Shown: one piece after another, positions 45,713 through 64,000 of the stretch
How the letters are laid out: each line of letters starts with the position of its first letter
How positions within the stretch are numbered: position 1 is the first letter of the stretch
Sequence record: MW175414.1
Reading direction: 5' to 3' (one strand)
Length of the DNA: 64,000 nucleotides
Source of the DNA: Escherichia phage VEc25
Notes under the pieces: generated by a model
Told to the model about the DNA's origin: nothing
Seen by the model: the letters and a program-made list of their open reading frames with translations, nothing else
Databases searched by the model: none
Translations under genes and position numbers: made by a program

Positions 45713-46918
45713 TTACAGCGGAGCTACAGTTTTAATAAGAGCCAGACGTTCTGGACGTTTAACCAGAATACCGTAGTACCATTTGATGCTGGAGAAGCCA
45801 GTTTCACCATATGGGTCATTACGGTCAGCAGTTTCTTTACCAGGCATTTTAGTCATAACGGTAAATTTAAGTGACTTACCGTCAGTCTGGAAGCCAATAG
45901 AGGTAAAGGAATCATCACCTACTACCAGCATTGGGTAAACGTCATAGTGCTCTTGACCAGATACCATAGAGGTACGGTAACCAGGGTTAGCTCCAGTAGC
46001 CTGTGCACCAGCACCTGCCCAGTGCAGCATCTCAGGAACCTGAATGATACGGAACTTGTCAATAGAACCGACTTCACCATTCATGATAGTACCTGCATCA
46101 GCATAGTGCTGAGTTTCGATAAAGGCTTTATTACCGAACAGGTCTTTCATTGCTTTCAGTTCTGGAACCAGTTCAGAACCTACATACATAACACGAGTAG
46201 CACCGATGACTTTAGTATCAATCATACGGGAACCAGTGATGATGGTAGTCTGAGTAGGAGTACGGTTCTCCGTCAGAATCTGGTCAAGACGCATCAGGTT
46301 CTTATAAGAAACTACAGACGGGGTAGAACCTTCACCAGTGATGGTGGAATCAGAAGTAGCAGCACCAGCATACAGAACAGTACCAGCAGCAGCCAGCAGG
46401 TCTTTTTGCAGTACAGCCTCAGTAATCTGAGTAGCACCATTCATCAGTTCACGGGACAGGTGTTCCATCAGGCCATCATCAGAATCGAAGTCAATTGATT
46501 CCTGAGTGAACTCATAGAAGAAGCCAAACTTGTGAATAGAACCTTCACGAGCAATACGAGTAAAACCAACACGGTTAACTCGACCACCGTTTTCAGTCAG
46601 TAGAGGCAGTTTGGAAGTAATGTTACCGATGTCTTTGCTGGAACCATACAGGTTACCATTAACGATAGTAGCACCACTTGCATCAATACCCTGGTCATTG
46701 ATGTTACGGTCATCCAGCAGAGGAACATATTCATATACCTTGATGGTCTTACCGTAATGCTTCGGCATGTTAGTTACAGAGGCCAGTGGCATGAAGTACT
46801 GCTCTTTACGGGCAGTGATGATTGCTTTCTTCAGCCAGAAGAAGGTTTGCATCTGGTCAGAGTTAGCACCATCAATACTAGATTTCTGACCGTCAATAGG
46901 AGCGTTATAGTTCAACAT
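45713..46918 (-). CDS. Major capsid protein
   Basis: 401 aa, strong AAGGAA SD, own downstream hairpin, portal then scaffold-like gene upstream in transcription order; size matches N4-type capsid protein. Confidence 0.55.
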   Translation of the reverse strand: MLNYNAPIDGQKSSIDGANSDQMQTFFWLKKAIITARKEQYFMPLASVTNMPKHYGKTIKVYEYVPLLDDRNINDQGIDASGATIVNGNLYGSSKDIGNITSKLPLLTENGGRVNRVGFTRIAREGSIHKFGFFYEFTQESIDFDSDDGLMEHLSRELMNGATQITEAVLQKDLLAAAGTVLYAGAATSDSTITGEGSTPSVVSYKNLMRLDQILTENRTPTQTTIITGSRMIDTKVIGATRVMYVGSELVPELKAMKDLFGNKAFIETQHYADAGTIMNGEVGSIDKFRIIQVPEMLHWAGAGAQATGANPGYRTSMVSGQEHYDVYPMLVVGDDSFTSIGFQTDGKSLKFTVMTKMPGKETADRNDPYGETGFSSIKWYYGILVKRPERLALIKTVAPL

Positions 46919-46929
46919 GTCTCAATTCC

Positions 46930-48147
46930 TTATAGGCCGTTCAGCCGAGGTAGTTTCATAAAGTCCTCATCACTCATTGCAAGAGGATTAACAAGGACTT
47001 CTGTCTTACGCGGTGTAACCCGTGATGGGGATGCCGCTGCTGCCTGTTGAGTATTAGTGATTTCAGACTTAGGAGTTGCAACACGAGTTGCTACTGGTTG
47101 AACCACTGGTTTAGGTTGTTCAACAGGTTTCTGCTTAATCAAATCATTAAAACCACCATTAGCAGCAAGGTAGTTACCGACTTGATTATAAGCATCCAGG
47201 AATGCTGTACCGATTGGGATTTGGCCTAAGATTTTGAGTCGTTCAATTTCAGAAACAATACGGTCGTAAATACCGTTAGCTTTCTGTTCAACGATGGTAT
47301 TAACCAGACCACGATTTTCCAGCAATGCCTGTTTGCTGTGGTCATCCCACGTAGTCGAAATTAACTGAAGAGTAGCTTGTCCTTCTGGAGTGGATTTAGC
47401 ATCTTCCAGTTCGGTTACAAATGCTGCTTCAGCATCTGACACACGGTGATTACCAGCTTGGTATTTAACTTCCTCTTCCGGATTAATATCCAGAACATCA
47501 ATACCAGATTCTTTAACCAACTTCTTAATAGCATCAGGATTCCCTTTAACTAAATCGATAGCATAAGAGAGTTGCCCTTCATCTAATAATCCGTTGTTTT
47601 CTAACATCAGGAGATACTTACGATACGGCTGAATCTCCTGCATTTTACGGGTATAGTTAGCTCCCATTTGCATCAAGCTAATGACCTCTTCAGGACTCTG
47701 AGGAGTAATCATTTTGCCGTTAGCTTTAAACGGAGCCATTATCCGTTCATAACCAGCCTTATAGTCGAAGTCAGTTTTCTGGTCTGATACCTGCTTGTCT
47801 TCTACTACTTTTGCTTGGCCTTGCTCAGTAGTAGAAGGTGCATTATCAGTAGCAGGCTTACTGTTGCTGTCAACCTTATTTGGGTCAACTGTAGCACTAT
47901 CATTACCAGTTGTGAATGCATCTGAATTGCTTTCTGATTCAGAAGTATTTTCTACTTCAGTTGGTTCAGTAGTTACTTCTGGTTCATCAGTTTGTTCAAC
48001 TTCAACAATTGGGTCTGGTTGTGCAGGAGTATTATTTTCTACCGGTTCCGGGTTGTTCTGAATGCTTGATGGACCAGGCATGTTCAGAATCTCTTCATCC
48101 GACATTTTAAAAATGTCGGAAGCTGTTTTTGCAGCTTCCGTAGTCAT
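46930..48147 (-). CDS. Scaffolding-like protein with acidic low-complexity N-terminus
   Basis: Pro/Glu/Thr-rich N-terminal ~120 aa; located between portal and capsid genes; GGAGATA SD. Confidence 0.4.
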   Translation of the reverse strand: MTTEAAKTASDIFKMSDEEILNMPGPSSIQNNPEPVENNTPAQPDPIVEVEQTDEPEVTTEPTEVENTSESESNSDAFTTGNDSATVDPNKVDSNSKPATDNAPSTTEQGQAKVVEDKQVSDQKTDFDYKAGYERIMAPFKANGKMITPQSPEEVISLMQMGANYTRKMQEIQPYRKYLLMLENNGLLDEGQLSYAIDLVKGNPDAIKKLVKESGIDVLDINPEEEVKYQAGNHRVSDAEAAFVTELEDAKSTPEGQATLQLISTTWDDHSKQALLENRGLVNTIVEQKANGIYDRIVSEIERLKILGQIPIGTAFLDAYNQVGNYLAANGGFNDLIKQKPVEQPKPVVQPVATRVATPKSEITNTQQAAAASPSRVTPRKTEVLVNPLAMSDEDFMKLPRLNGL

Positions 48148-48172
48148 GGGGGTATCTCCGAGTTAGGATTAA

Positions 48173-48520
48173 TTAAACTTCTTCAGGTTCACCACGAGCA
48201 ACATCCAATGCATTCTCAATATCTGATTGGACACCTACCAGTGTTTCTGCTTTCTGAAGAGTAATTTCCAGATAACGTTTTAAACAACCAGCAGCTTGAG
48301 CCATAGCAAGAGCATCAGCACGTTGACGGTCTTCAAGCAATGGGTCACAGGATTCTTGTACATAACGAGCACAGTCTACAGTACAGAATTGCTCAAGAAT
48401 TACTTTACGGAAAAGGGAATTACCCATCAGCTTACGAACATCTTCTGCATAAGCACGAGCAGCTTTAATACCCTTCAGTTGGTGTTCCAGTCCTTCAATT
48501 TCTTTTTCTTTGCTGTACAT
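48173..48520 (-). CDS. Hypothetical protein (115 aa)
   Basis: ATG start; coiled-coil-like. Confidence 0.4.
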   Translation of the reverse strand: MYSKEKEIEGLEHQLKGIKAARAYAEDVRKLMGNSLFRKVILEQFCTVDCARYVQESCDPLLEDRQRADALAMAQAAGCLKRYLEITLQKAETLVGVQSDIENALDVARGEPEEV

Positions 48521-48522
48521 AA

Positions 48523-51306
<2,784 letters not shown>

Positions 51307-51326
<20 letters not shown>

Positions 51327-51933
51327 TACACCTCTCCAGAGGGACATTACCAATACGATTAGCAATCCATCCTGTAGTGTACTCAGGCATATTAAGAGAT
51401 AAATAGTAGTTTAACTGTTTACCATCTAGAGACTTCAAAATGAGCTTACAGGCTTCTACTTTGCCTCGTTTATTCTGAAGGCTTTTATATGCACTTAGAG
51501 TTCCAGAACCGACTTTACCATCAACTTGTATTTTAGGGTAGTCTTTGCCATTTCTGGAGAAAGCATTAAGAGATTCTTGTAACCAACGAGATGGTCTTGC
51601 AGGTCCAGTATTAACACCAGCATCTACTAGTTTTTCTGTTACCGCTGGTGATACATCTGCAAACTTAACAAAGCCAGGCTTCAAGATGTAATCGTTGTAA
51701 TAAATACTTGATGCCATTTCCTGAGTTAAGTTCTTCATTGAACCATCCCAGTTATACATCGACTCTAGTTCTTGCTTATGCTTTTGAGCAACCTGAATAG
51801 TTACACCATGATTAGTTTCACCTCCTGGGTCTTTGGGGTCATTAACGTATCCACCCTCAACAGCAAATACAGCAGCAATGATTGCTGCAATAACCCCTCC
51901 AACACCGCCAACCTTCTTCTTACTTATTGCCAC
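51307..51933 (-). CDS. SAR-type endolysin, GH108 N-acetylmuramidase with C-terminal peptidoglycan-binding domain
   Basis: GTG start with AGGAGG SD 6 nt upstream; N-terminal Gly/Ala-rich weakly hydrophobic segment (VGGVGGVIAAIIAAVFA); GH108 signature EGGYVNDPKDPGGETNHGVT. Confidence 0.65.
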
Positions 51934-52183
51934 ACCAATCCTCCTTTGGTTTCAAACGAACCAGTCGGCAAATAATATTCAGCACAAAGAGTGCTATAGC
52001 AATGTTATTGCCATGTGGAATATCTTTGAGGATATGTTGGGGTAATGCAGAGAAAGAACTGGATAAGACATCCACACAAGAGAAGAACAATATTGCTAAT
52101 GTGCTAATCTGAATAGATGCCCATTTCCAACAACGTTTCCAATTAGGAACCATTTCCACATGTTTGGTTAACTTGCGAACCAT
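51920..52183 (-). CDS. Candidate class II (two-TM) holin/pinholin
   Basis: ATG 52183 with GGGAGA SD; 87 aa; two hydrophobic helices (ISTLAILFFSCVDVL, IAIALFVLNIICRLV) and charged C-terminus; overlaps endolysin start by 14 nt. Confidence 0.35.
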   Translation of the reverse strand: MVRKLTKHVEMVPNWKRCWKWASIQISTLAILFFSCVDVLSSSFSALPQHILKDIPHGNNIAIALFVLNIICRLVRLKPKEDWCGNK

Positions 52184-52500
52184 GCAAAAATCTCCCGTCT
52201 GGCAGCAGCCAGTATACCAATAATGATACCTGCTCCAGCCCATACCCATTTACCAAACAATCCAGCACCAACAACTTTGTGTTTGATGGTAATGAACTCT
52301 TCAATAGTAGGGGCAGACTCAGCCAGAGACTTTTCTACATTCTCCAGTCGAGTGTCCATCTTATTAATAGACAGTTGAAGGTTACGTACAGCATCATCTA
52401 AATCTTGCCGAGATTTAGCATCACGGGCATTATTTTCGAAGAGTGTCTTCATACGTTCCTCCATTCGAGCTAGGAGCACCTCTACGGATTCATGACTCAT
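52168..52500 (-). CDS. Lysis-associated membrane protein (110 aa; single C-terminal TM; holin or antiholin candidate)
   Basis: ATG with AAGGA SD; N-terminal helical domain then GKWVWAGAGIIIGILAAA hydrophobic helix. Confidence 0.35.
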   Translation of the reverse strand: MSHESVEVLLARMEERMKTLFENNARDAKSRQDLDDAVRNLQLSINKMDTRLENVEKSLAESAPTIEEFITIKHKVVGAGLFGKWVWAGAGIIIGILAAARREIFAWFAS

Positions 52501-52507
52501 GCTAAAT

Positions 52508-52538
52508 CCTTATCGAAAAAGCCGGGTATCCCCGGCTC
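52508..52538 (-). terminator. Rho-independent terminator (minus strand)
   Basis: AGCCGGG/CCCGGCT stem followed on the minus strand by TTTTTCGAT. Confidence 0.5.
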
Positions 52539-52603
52539 TGTTAGTCCTAATGAACAGAGAGTGTGTTTATACACCCGTCAAATAGTACCGATATTTACTA
52601 GTA

Positions 52604-53860
<1,257 letters not shown>

Positions 53861-53889
53861 TTAATACCCCCGTTGCTGGGGGTTCCTTG

Positions 53890-60463
<6,574 letters not shown>

Positions 60464-62056
60464 TCACACGATATATGAAGAGAGTGGGTTAACACTTCCA
60501 GTATCATCACCATCATCCCACAATGGGTCACCTGATGTATTAACTGGAACCATACCTGCTTGTGGTTTCCACGGGTTCAGGTAGCCAAGCATTGAAATGG
60601 TATCAATACAGTCATCCTTACCTTTAAGACCATTGATAGTGGCTAAACGAATTTGCCCCATAAAGAGTGTCATGATTGGGCTATCTTTCATCTCAGCAGG
60701 AAAATACATCTTACCAGCTTTGAACCAGGGAACCACGAGGTTAAACCTTGATAGCTTACTGGTTACAGGATGAATACCCGGTTGGCCTCCACGACTGGAT
60801 GCAAAGTTAAAGAACACATTACGGTTAAGCATTTCCTTCTGAAGAAGAGAAATAAAACCACCTTGCTGTCCAGTAGTTTCTACACCAACTTGTTGTGGTT
60901 GGTATTCCTGAACCAGACGGAATAAGTCATCAAAGTTCTTATCCATAGTTTGACGGCAAGCAATACCATCTACCCAGAACCAGTCACCGTTAGAACCATA
61001 TGCCCATACTGATATTACAGAGTAGTCAGATACCTGCTTCTCGCTGGTAGCAAAGTCAGTGGTGATATAGAAGTTATAACAAGAACGTAGACGTAATAGC
61101 TGCGTACGGGAATACCATTTAATCTCTGAATCTTGAATCAGACGTTCATCTTCAGAGCTGATACGTAACATCAATTCCTGATAAAAGGATGCCAGCTTAC
61201 CTGTCTTCAATGCCATCTGGTATTGGTCATTGATGTAGTCATAGGAGAAACGGTCTTCCCAAGCACCTTGAAATTCTTCTCGCGTACATGGGAATTTCTC
61301 ACATACAGGCCATACGTTGACATCCCAAGCACCAGATTCAACTGCTTCAATAAGAATATCTTCCTTATTAAAGGGAGTACCATTAAAGATTACCTTACGT
61401 CTTGTTGGGTCAAGAGCATGGTTCACACCCTTATATACCGTGTCTTTAATGGCTTCCATTGATGTACGTGAGCGAGCATCATCATCACTAACTAAGTCAT
61501 CCAGTACACAAAGAACGGGACGTTTACCAAAAATCTTAGTACCACGAAGACCTGTCTTAGCACCAAACATCTTCACACCAAGACGGTGACCTTCAGCATT
61601 TACAAACTCAAGGTAGTTATCTGTGAAGGTAGCTTTAGGAATCCATTGTTGCAGGAATGGTGAATTGTTGTATCGAAACTCAATGTTCTTACGGGCAGAC
61701 TTAACACCGTTATCCATAGAGTCAGATACATAAATCATTCCTTCTACTTTACCCAAGCTAGGTAGATGCCCAAACACTGCTAAGAACAAAGTAAAGTATT
61801 CCATGAACAGAGTTGTCTTTGCTGCACCACGGAAACATAAGTTAGCAATGTACTGATTCCTACTGGTTATCTTATCCAGCATCTTTAAGTGAACAGGAGG
61901 GGTTTTGTTTGATTCCCCCTCCTTACCATTAACCAGCTTAATAAAGTTAGCAAAGGTCAGTGCAAATTCGGTTGGTATATACGTAGGGGTATTCAGAACG
62001 GAATAGTCCACTTGGTCTAGCCATTCATCCAACTCCTGTTTAATTAGTTCAGACAT
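60464..62056 (-). CDS. Terminase large subunit
   Basis: Track start 62098 is TTG; ATG 62056 with GAGGA SD; Walker A-like GAAKTT, ATPase then nuclease-like acidic motifs (VLCVLDDLVSDDD); 530 aa. Confidence 0.65.
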   Translation of the reverse strand: MSELIKQELDEWLDQVDYSVLNTPTYIPTEFALTFANFIKLVNGKEGESNKTPPVHLKMLDKITSRNQYIANLCFRGAAKTTLFMEYFTLFLAVFGHLPSLGKVEGMIYVSDSMDNGVKSARKNIEFRYNNSPFLQQWIPKATFTDNYLEFVNAEGHRLGVKMFGAKTGLRGTKIFGKRPVLCVLDDLVSDDDARSRTSMEAIKDTVYKGVNHALDPTRRKVIFNGTPFNKEDILIEAVESGAWDVNVWPVCEKFPCTREEFQGAWEDRFSYDYINDQYQMALKTGKLASFYQELMLRISSEDERLIQDSEIKWYSRTQLLRLRSCYNFYITTDFATSEKQVSDYSVISVWAYGSNGDWFWVDGIACRQTMDKNFDDLFRLVQEYQPQQVGVETTGQQGGFISLLQKEMLNRNVFFNFASSRGGQPGIHPVTSKLSRFNLVVPWFKAGKMYFPAEMKDSPIMTLFMGQIRLATINGLKGKDDCIDTISMLGYLNPWKPQAGMVPVNTSGDPLWDDGDDTGSVNPLSSYIV

Positions 62057-62741
62057 CAATAATATCCTCGTCTTCTCGAACCAGTGTGGAACCTGCAATT
62101 ACTTTAGTAGGTGTACCAGCTTCAATAGCTGCTTTCTGAGCTTCAGCCAACTGGGTTAGTGTGTTCTTGAGTTCAGTCAATCCAGAGTTTTCTCTCAAAT
62201 CCAGATTGATATTAGTAACAGCATCCTTCGGTTTCTGGAGGTGAGTAAGGATAGAGTTGGCAGCATCACACTGTACCTTCTCACTGGTAGCATTCTTCAT
62301 GAGCCATGCCTGATGGTTCAATGCTTCCTGAAACAAATCCTGATTAACAATCCATACTGGAATCAGTGATTGTTCCATAATGAGGTTTACTAACTTACCC
62401 CTATGGTAAGCAGATACATAAGCAGAGATGTCCTTCTCACTGGTTCCCCTTGCTACTAATTCAGCTTGTCTGTTGGGGAATGTTTTGAAGTAAGCATCTT
62501 TGTTGCTATACCCCATGTGTTTGTAAGTAACATATTGAACAGCATTAAGGTAATCCTGGGTCTTAAACTTCCCATCCTTCATCACCCCAGCATAAGTCAC
62601 AAAGTTATTTCTAATTTGCTCTGCTGCTGTCTGGTCTTGGGTCACATTGTTAATCATGTTTACCAGTTGGTCAGTAACACTGCTTTTAAACTGGGGAGGC
62701 AATGCAGAAACAATGTCTTTCTTAGTCAGTAGTGTGCTCAT
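62049..62741 (-). CDS. Hypothetical protein upstream of terminase (230 aa; small terminase subunit candidate)
   Basis: 8-nt overlap with the terminase start; first gene of the leftward late block. Confidence 0.3.
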   Translation of the reverse strand: MSTLLTKKDIVSALPPQFKSSVTDQLVNMINNVTQDQTAAEQIRNNFVTYAGVMKDGKFKTQDYLNAVQYVTYKHMGYSNKDAYFKTFPNRQAELVARGTSEKDISAYVSAYHRGKLVNLIMEQSLIPVWIVNQDLFQEALNHQAWLMKNATSEKVQCDAANSILTHLQKPKDAVTNINLDLRENSGLTELKNTLTQLAEAQKAAIEAGTPTKVIAGSTLVREDEDIIDV

Positions 62742-62868
62742 AGTCTTCCTACAAATTATCTAGAGTGAAGAGGATTCTTTTCTTGGGGTTAGTACCCCTT
62801 GCAGAAACCTATACATAGATTTAGACTTTAGACTTTCTTTAGTCTCCTTACAATAGTAAGACAGAGAC

Positions 62869-63210
62869 ATGGGGAGCCTATTGCCCAAAGGAACCAGTAA
62901 CATGAGGCTATTCTATAGTTTTGACGGTAATGACCAATGGAATGAGATAGACTTCAGTAAAATAGGTGGAGCTATCCCAGTTGGGGGGGCTATGCCAGGT
63001 GACCATATCTTATGTCACGATGAGGAGTCTTTCCATTACATCTCAGGTATGATGTTATTCAATAACGTCACTGGGTTTACTGTCCATAAACCTGCACCAG
63101 TACGTGTCATTACCAAGCCTATTGAGGGTCTTGCATTCTTTACAAGAATACCTCAAAGTATCTCTATCAAACGACAGCGTGACGCCATCGAGATGACCGT
63201 GGTTGCTTGA
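62869..63210 (+). CDS. Hypothetical protein (113 aa; start may be ATG 62902)
   Basis: Rightward ORF after the divergent intergenic region; + strand supported by terminator 63374-63400; AAAGGAA SD precedes the internal ATG 62902. Confidence 0.35.
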   Translation: MGSLLPKGTSNMRLFYSFDGNDQWNEIDFSKIGGAIPVGGAMPGDHILCHDEESFHYISGMMLFNNVTGFTVHKPAPVRVITKPIEGLAFFTRIPQSISIKRQRDAIEMTVVA

Positions 63211-63373
63211 TAAGCCATTGCCCGCCCAGGAGTTGGTGGCGGGAAACAGGGAACTGTTTGAATAACCACTCCAGCTACATTCACCTATCTCCAAGACACC
63301 TTTGTTATCTGCCATTGGGTGATGAGTAGTATCAGAGAGAACTGATTTAACAAACACACTCGGTATAGGAATT

Positions 63374-63400
63374 GGGAGCCAGATGGCTCCCTTTTTCTTT
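63374..63400 (+). terminator. Rho-independent terminator
   Basis: GGGAGCC/GGCTCCC stem, AGAT loop, TTTTTCTTTT. Confidence 0.55.
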
Positions 63401-63420
63401 TATGAACCAAGGAGTTCTAT

Positions 63421-63786
63421 ATGAACATTCGTCCTAATGAAGTTTATGGTATCAACCTAGAATACACTACAAACAAACCTGCTCTATTTCATTGTGGTTC
63501 CACCAATCTATTCCATGCTATGTGTGGGAATACCAAACCTCTTTACTTACCCGAATCAGACGATACTCATGCCCTACTAGGTAACTGGTTCTTAGAAGGT
63601 AAAGACATTAGTACCATTCTCCTTGAACCAAGGAAGAAAGTAGCAATACCTACTAATGCATGGAATAACGAAGTCATTTACTTCCTCGCACCTGAAGGCT
63701 TTGAACCAGTGATAGAACAGAATCACTTTAATCATGCAGTTACTTTCTACTTTAGAGAGACTTCAAAGTTATCTGCTTATAAATAA
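63421..63786 (+). CDS. Hypothetical protein (121 aa)
   Basis: ATG with AAGGAG SD. Confidence 0.45.
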   Translation: MNIRPNEVYGINLEYTTNKPALFHCGSTNLFHAMCGNTKPLYLPESDDTHALLGNWFLEGKDISTILLEPRKKVAIPTNAWNNEVIYFLAPEGFEPVIEQNHFNHAVTFYFRETSKLSAYK

Positions 63787-64000
63787 GGAAAGCTATGTGG
63801 TATATAACAGTTAAAGGTTTATCCGAACCAGTGATGATAGATAGCCTGGCCTTCATAGAAGTAGGTCATCCTATTCTTATAGAAGGTAAGTTGTATGAAG
63901 TTGTTAGTATTTATAAGAGATAAATAGGAAGTCTATTAGATAGATACCTTATAATTTTTTCTTAGTGAAAATAGTCATAGTTACTTGTGAGTTCAGTATT

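Noticed and set aside
63055-63357. 100-aa minus-strand ORF
   Set aside because: Antisense to ORF 62869-63210 and extends through a plus-oriented terminator region; rightward transcription is supported by terminator 63374-63400 and the downstream gene with a strong SD.

Overview
The window is almost entirely coding and reads as most of a virulent N4-like podovirus (Schitoviridae-type) genome. A rightward block (1-27742) carries early/middle and DNA-replication genes: Ig-like protein tail, SPFH lipoprotein, HNH endonuclease, MoxR-like AAA ATPase plus HExxH/VWA partner, dCTP-deaminase-family enzyme, ThyX-like, GHKL-ATPase rIIA-like plus rIIB-like, SF1B helicase, a family-A DNA polymerase split in two by an HNH homing endonuclease, PD-(D/E)XK nuclease, primase-like protein, SSB-like protein and RuvC-like resolvase. 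A tRNA cluster follows (Asn-GTT, Ser-TGA, Thr-TGT, Pro-TGG) with two degenerate tRNA-like elements, three 13-bp perfect inverted repeats and an ORF-free ~400 nt stretch. The leftward late block (27777-62741) encodes a ~3500-aa virion RNA polymerase, internal virion proteins, major capsid, scaffold-like protein, portal, Rz/embedded Rz1 spanins, a SAR-type GH108 endolysin, holin candidates, large tail proteins and the terminase large subunit; two rightward ORFs close the window. No integrase, repressor, rRNA or CRISPR array was seen. All calls rest on motif-level reading of the supplied translations, gene size and gene order; no database search or RNA folding was run. Several track ORFs begin at TTG/GTG, so starts were moved to the nearest ATG (or GTG) with a Shine-Dalgarno sequence.
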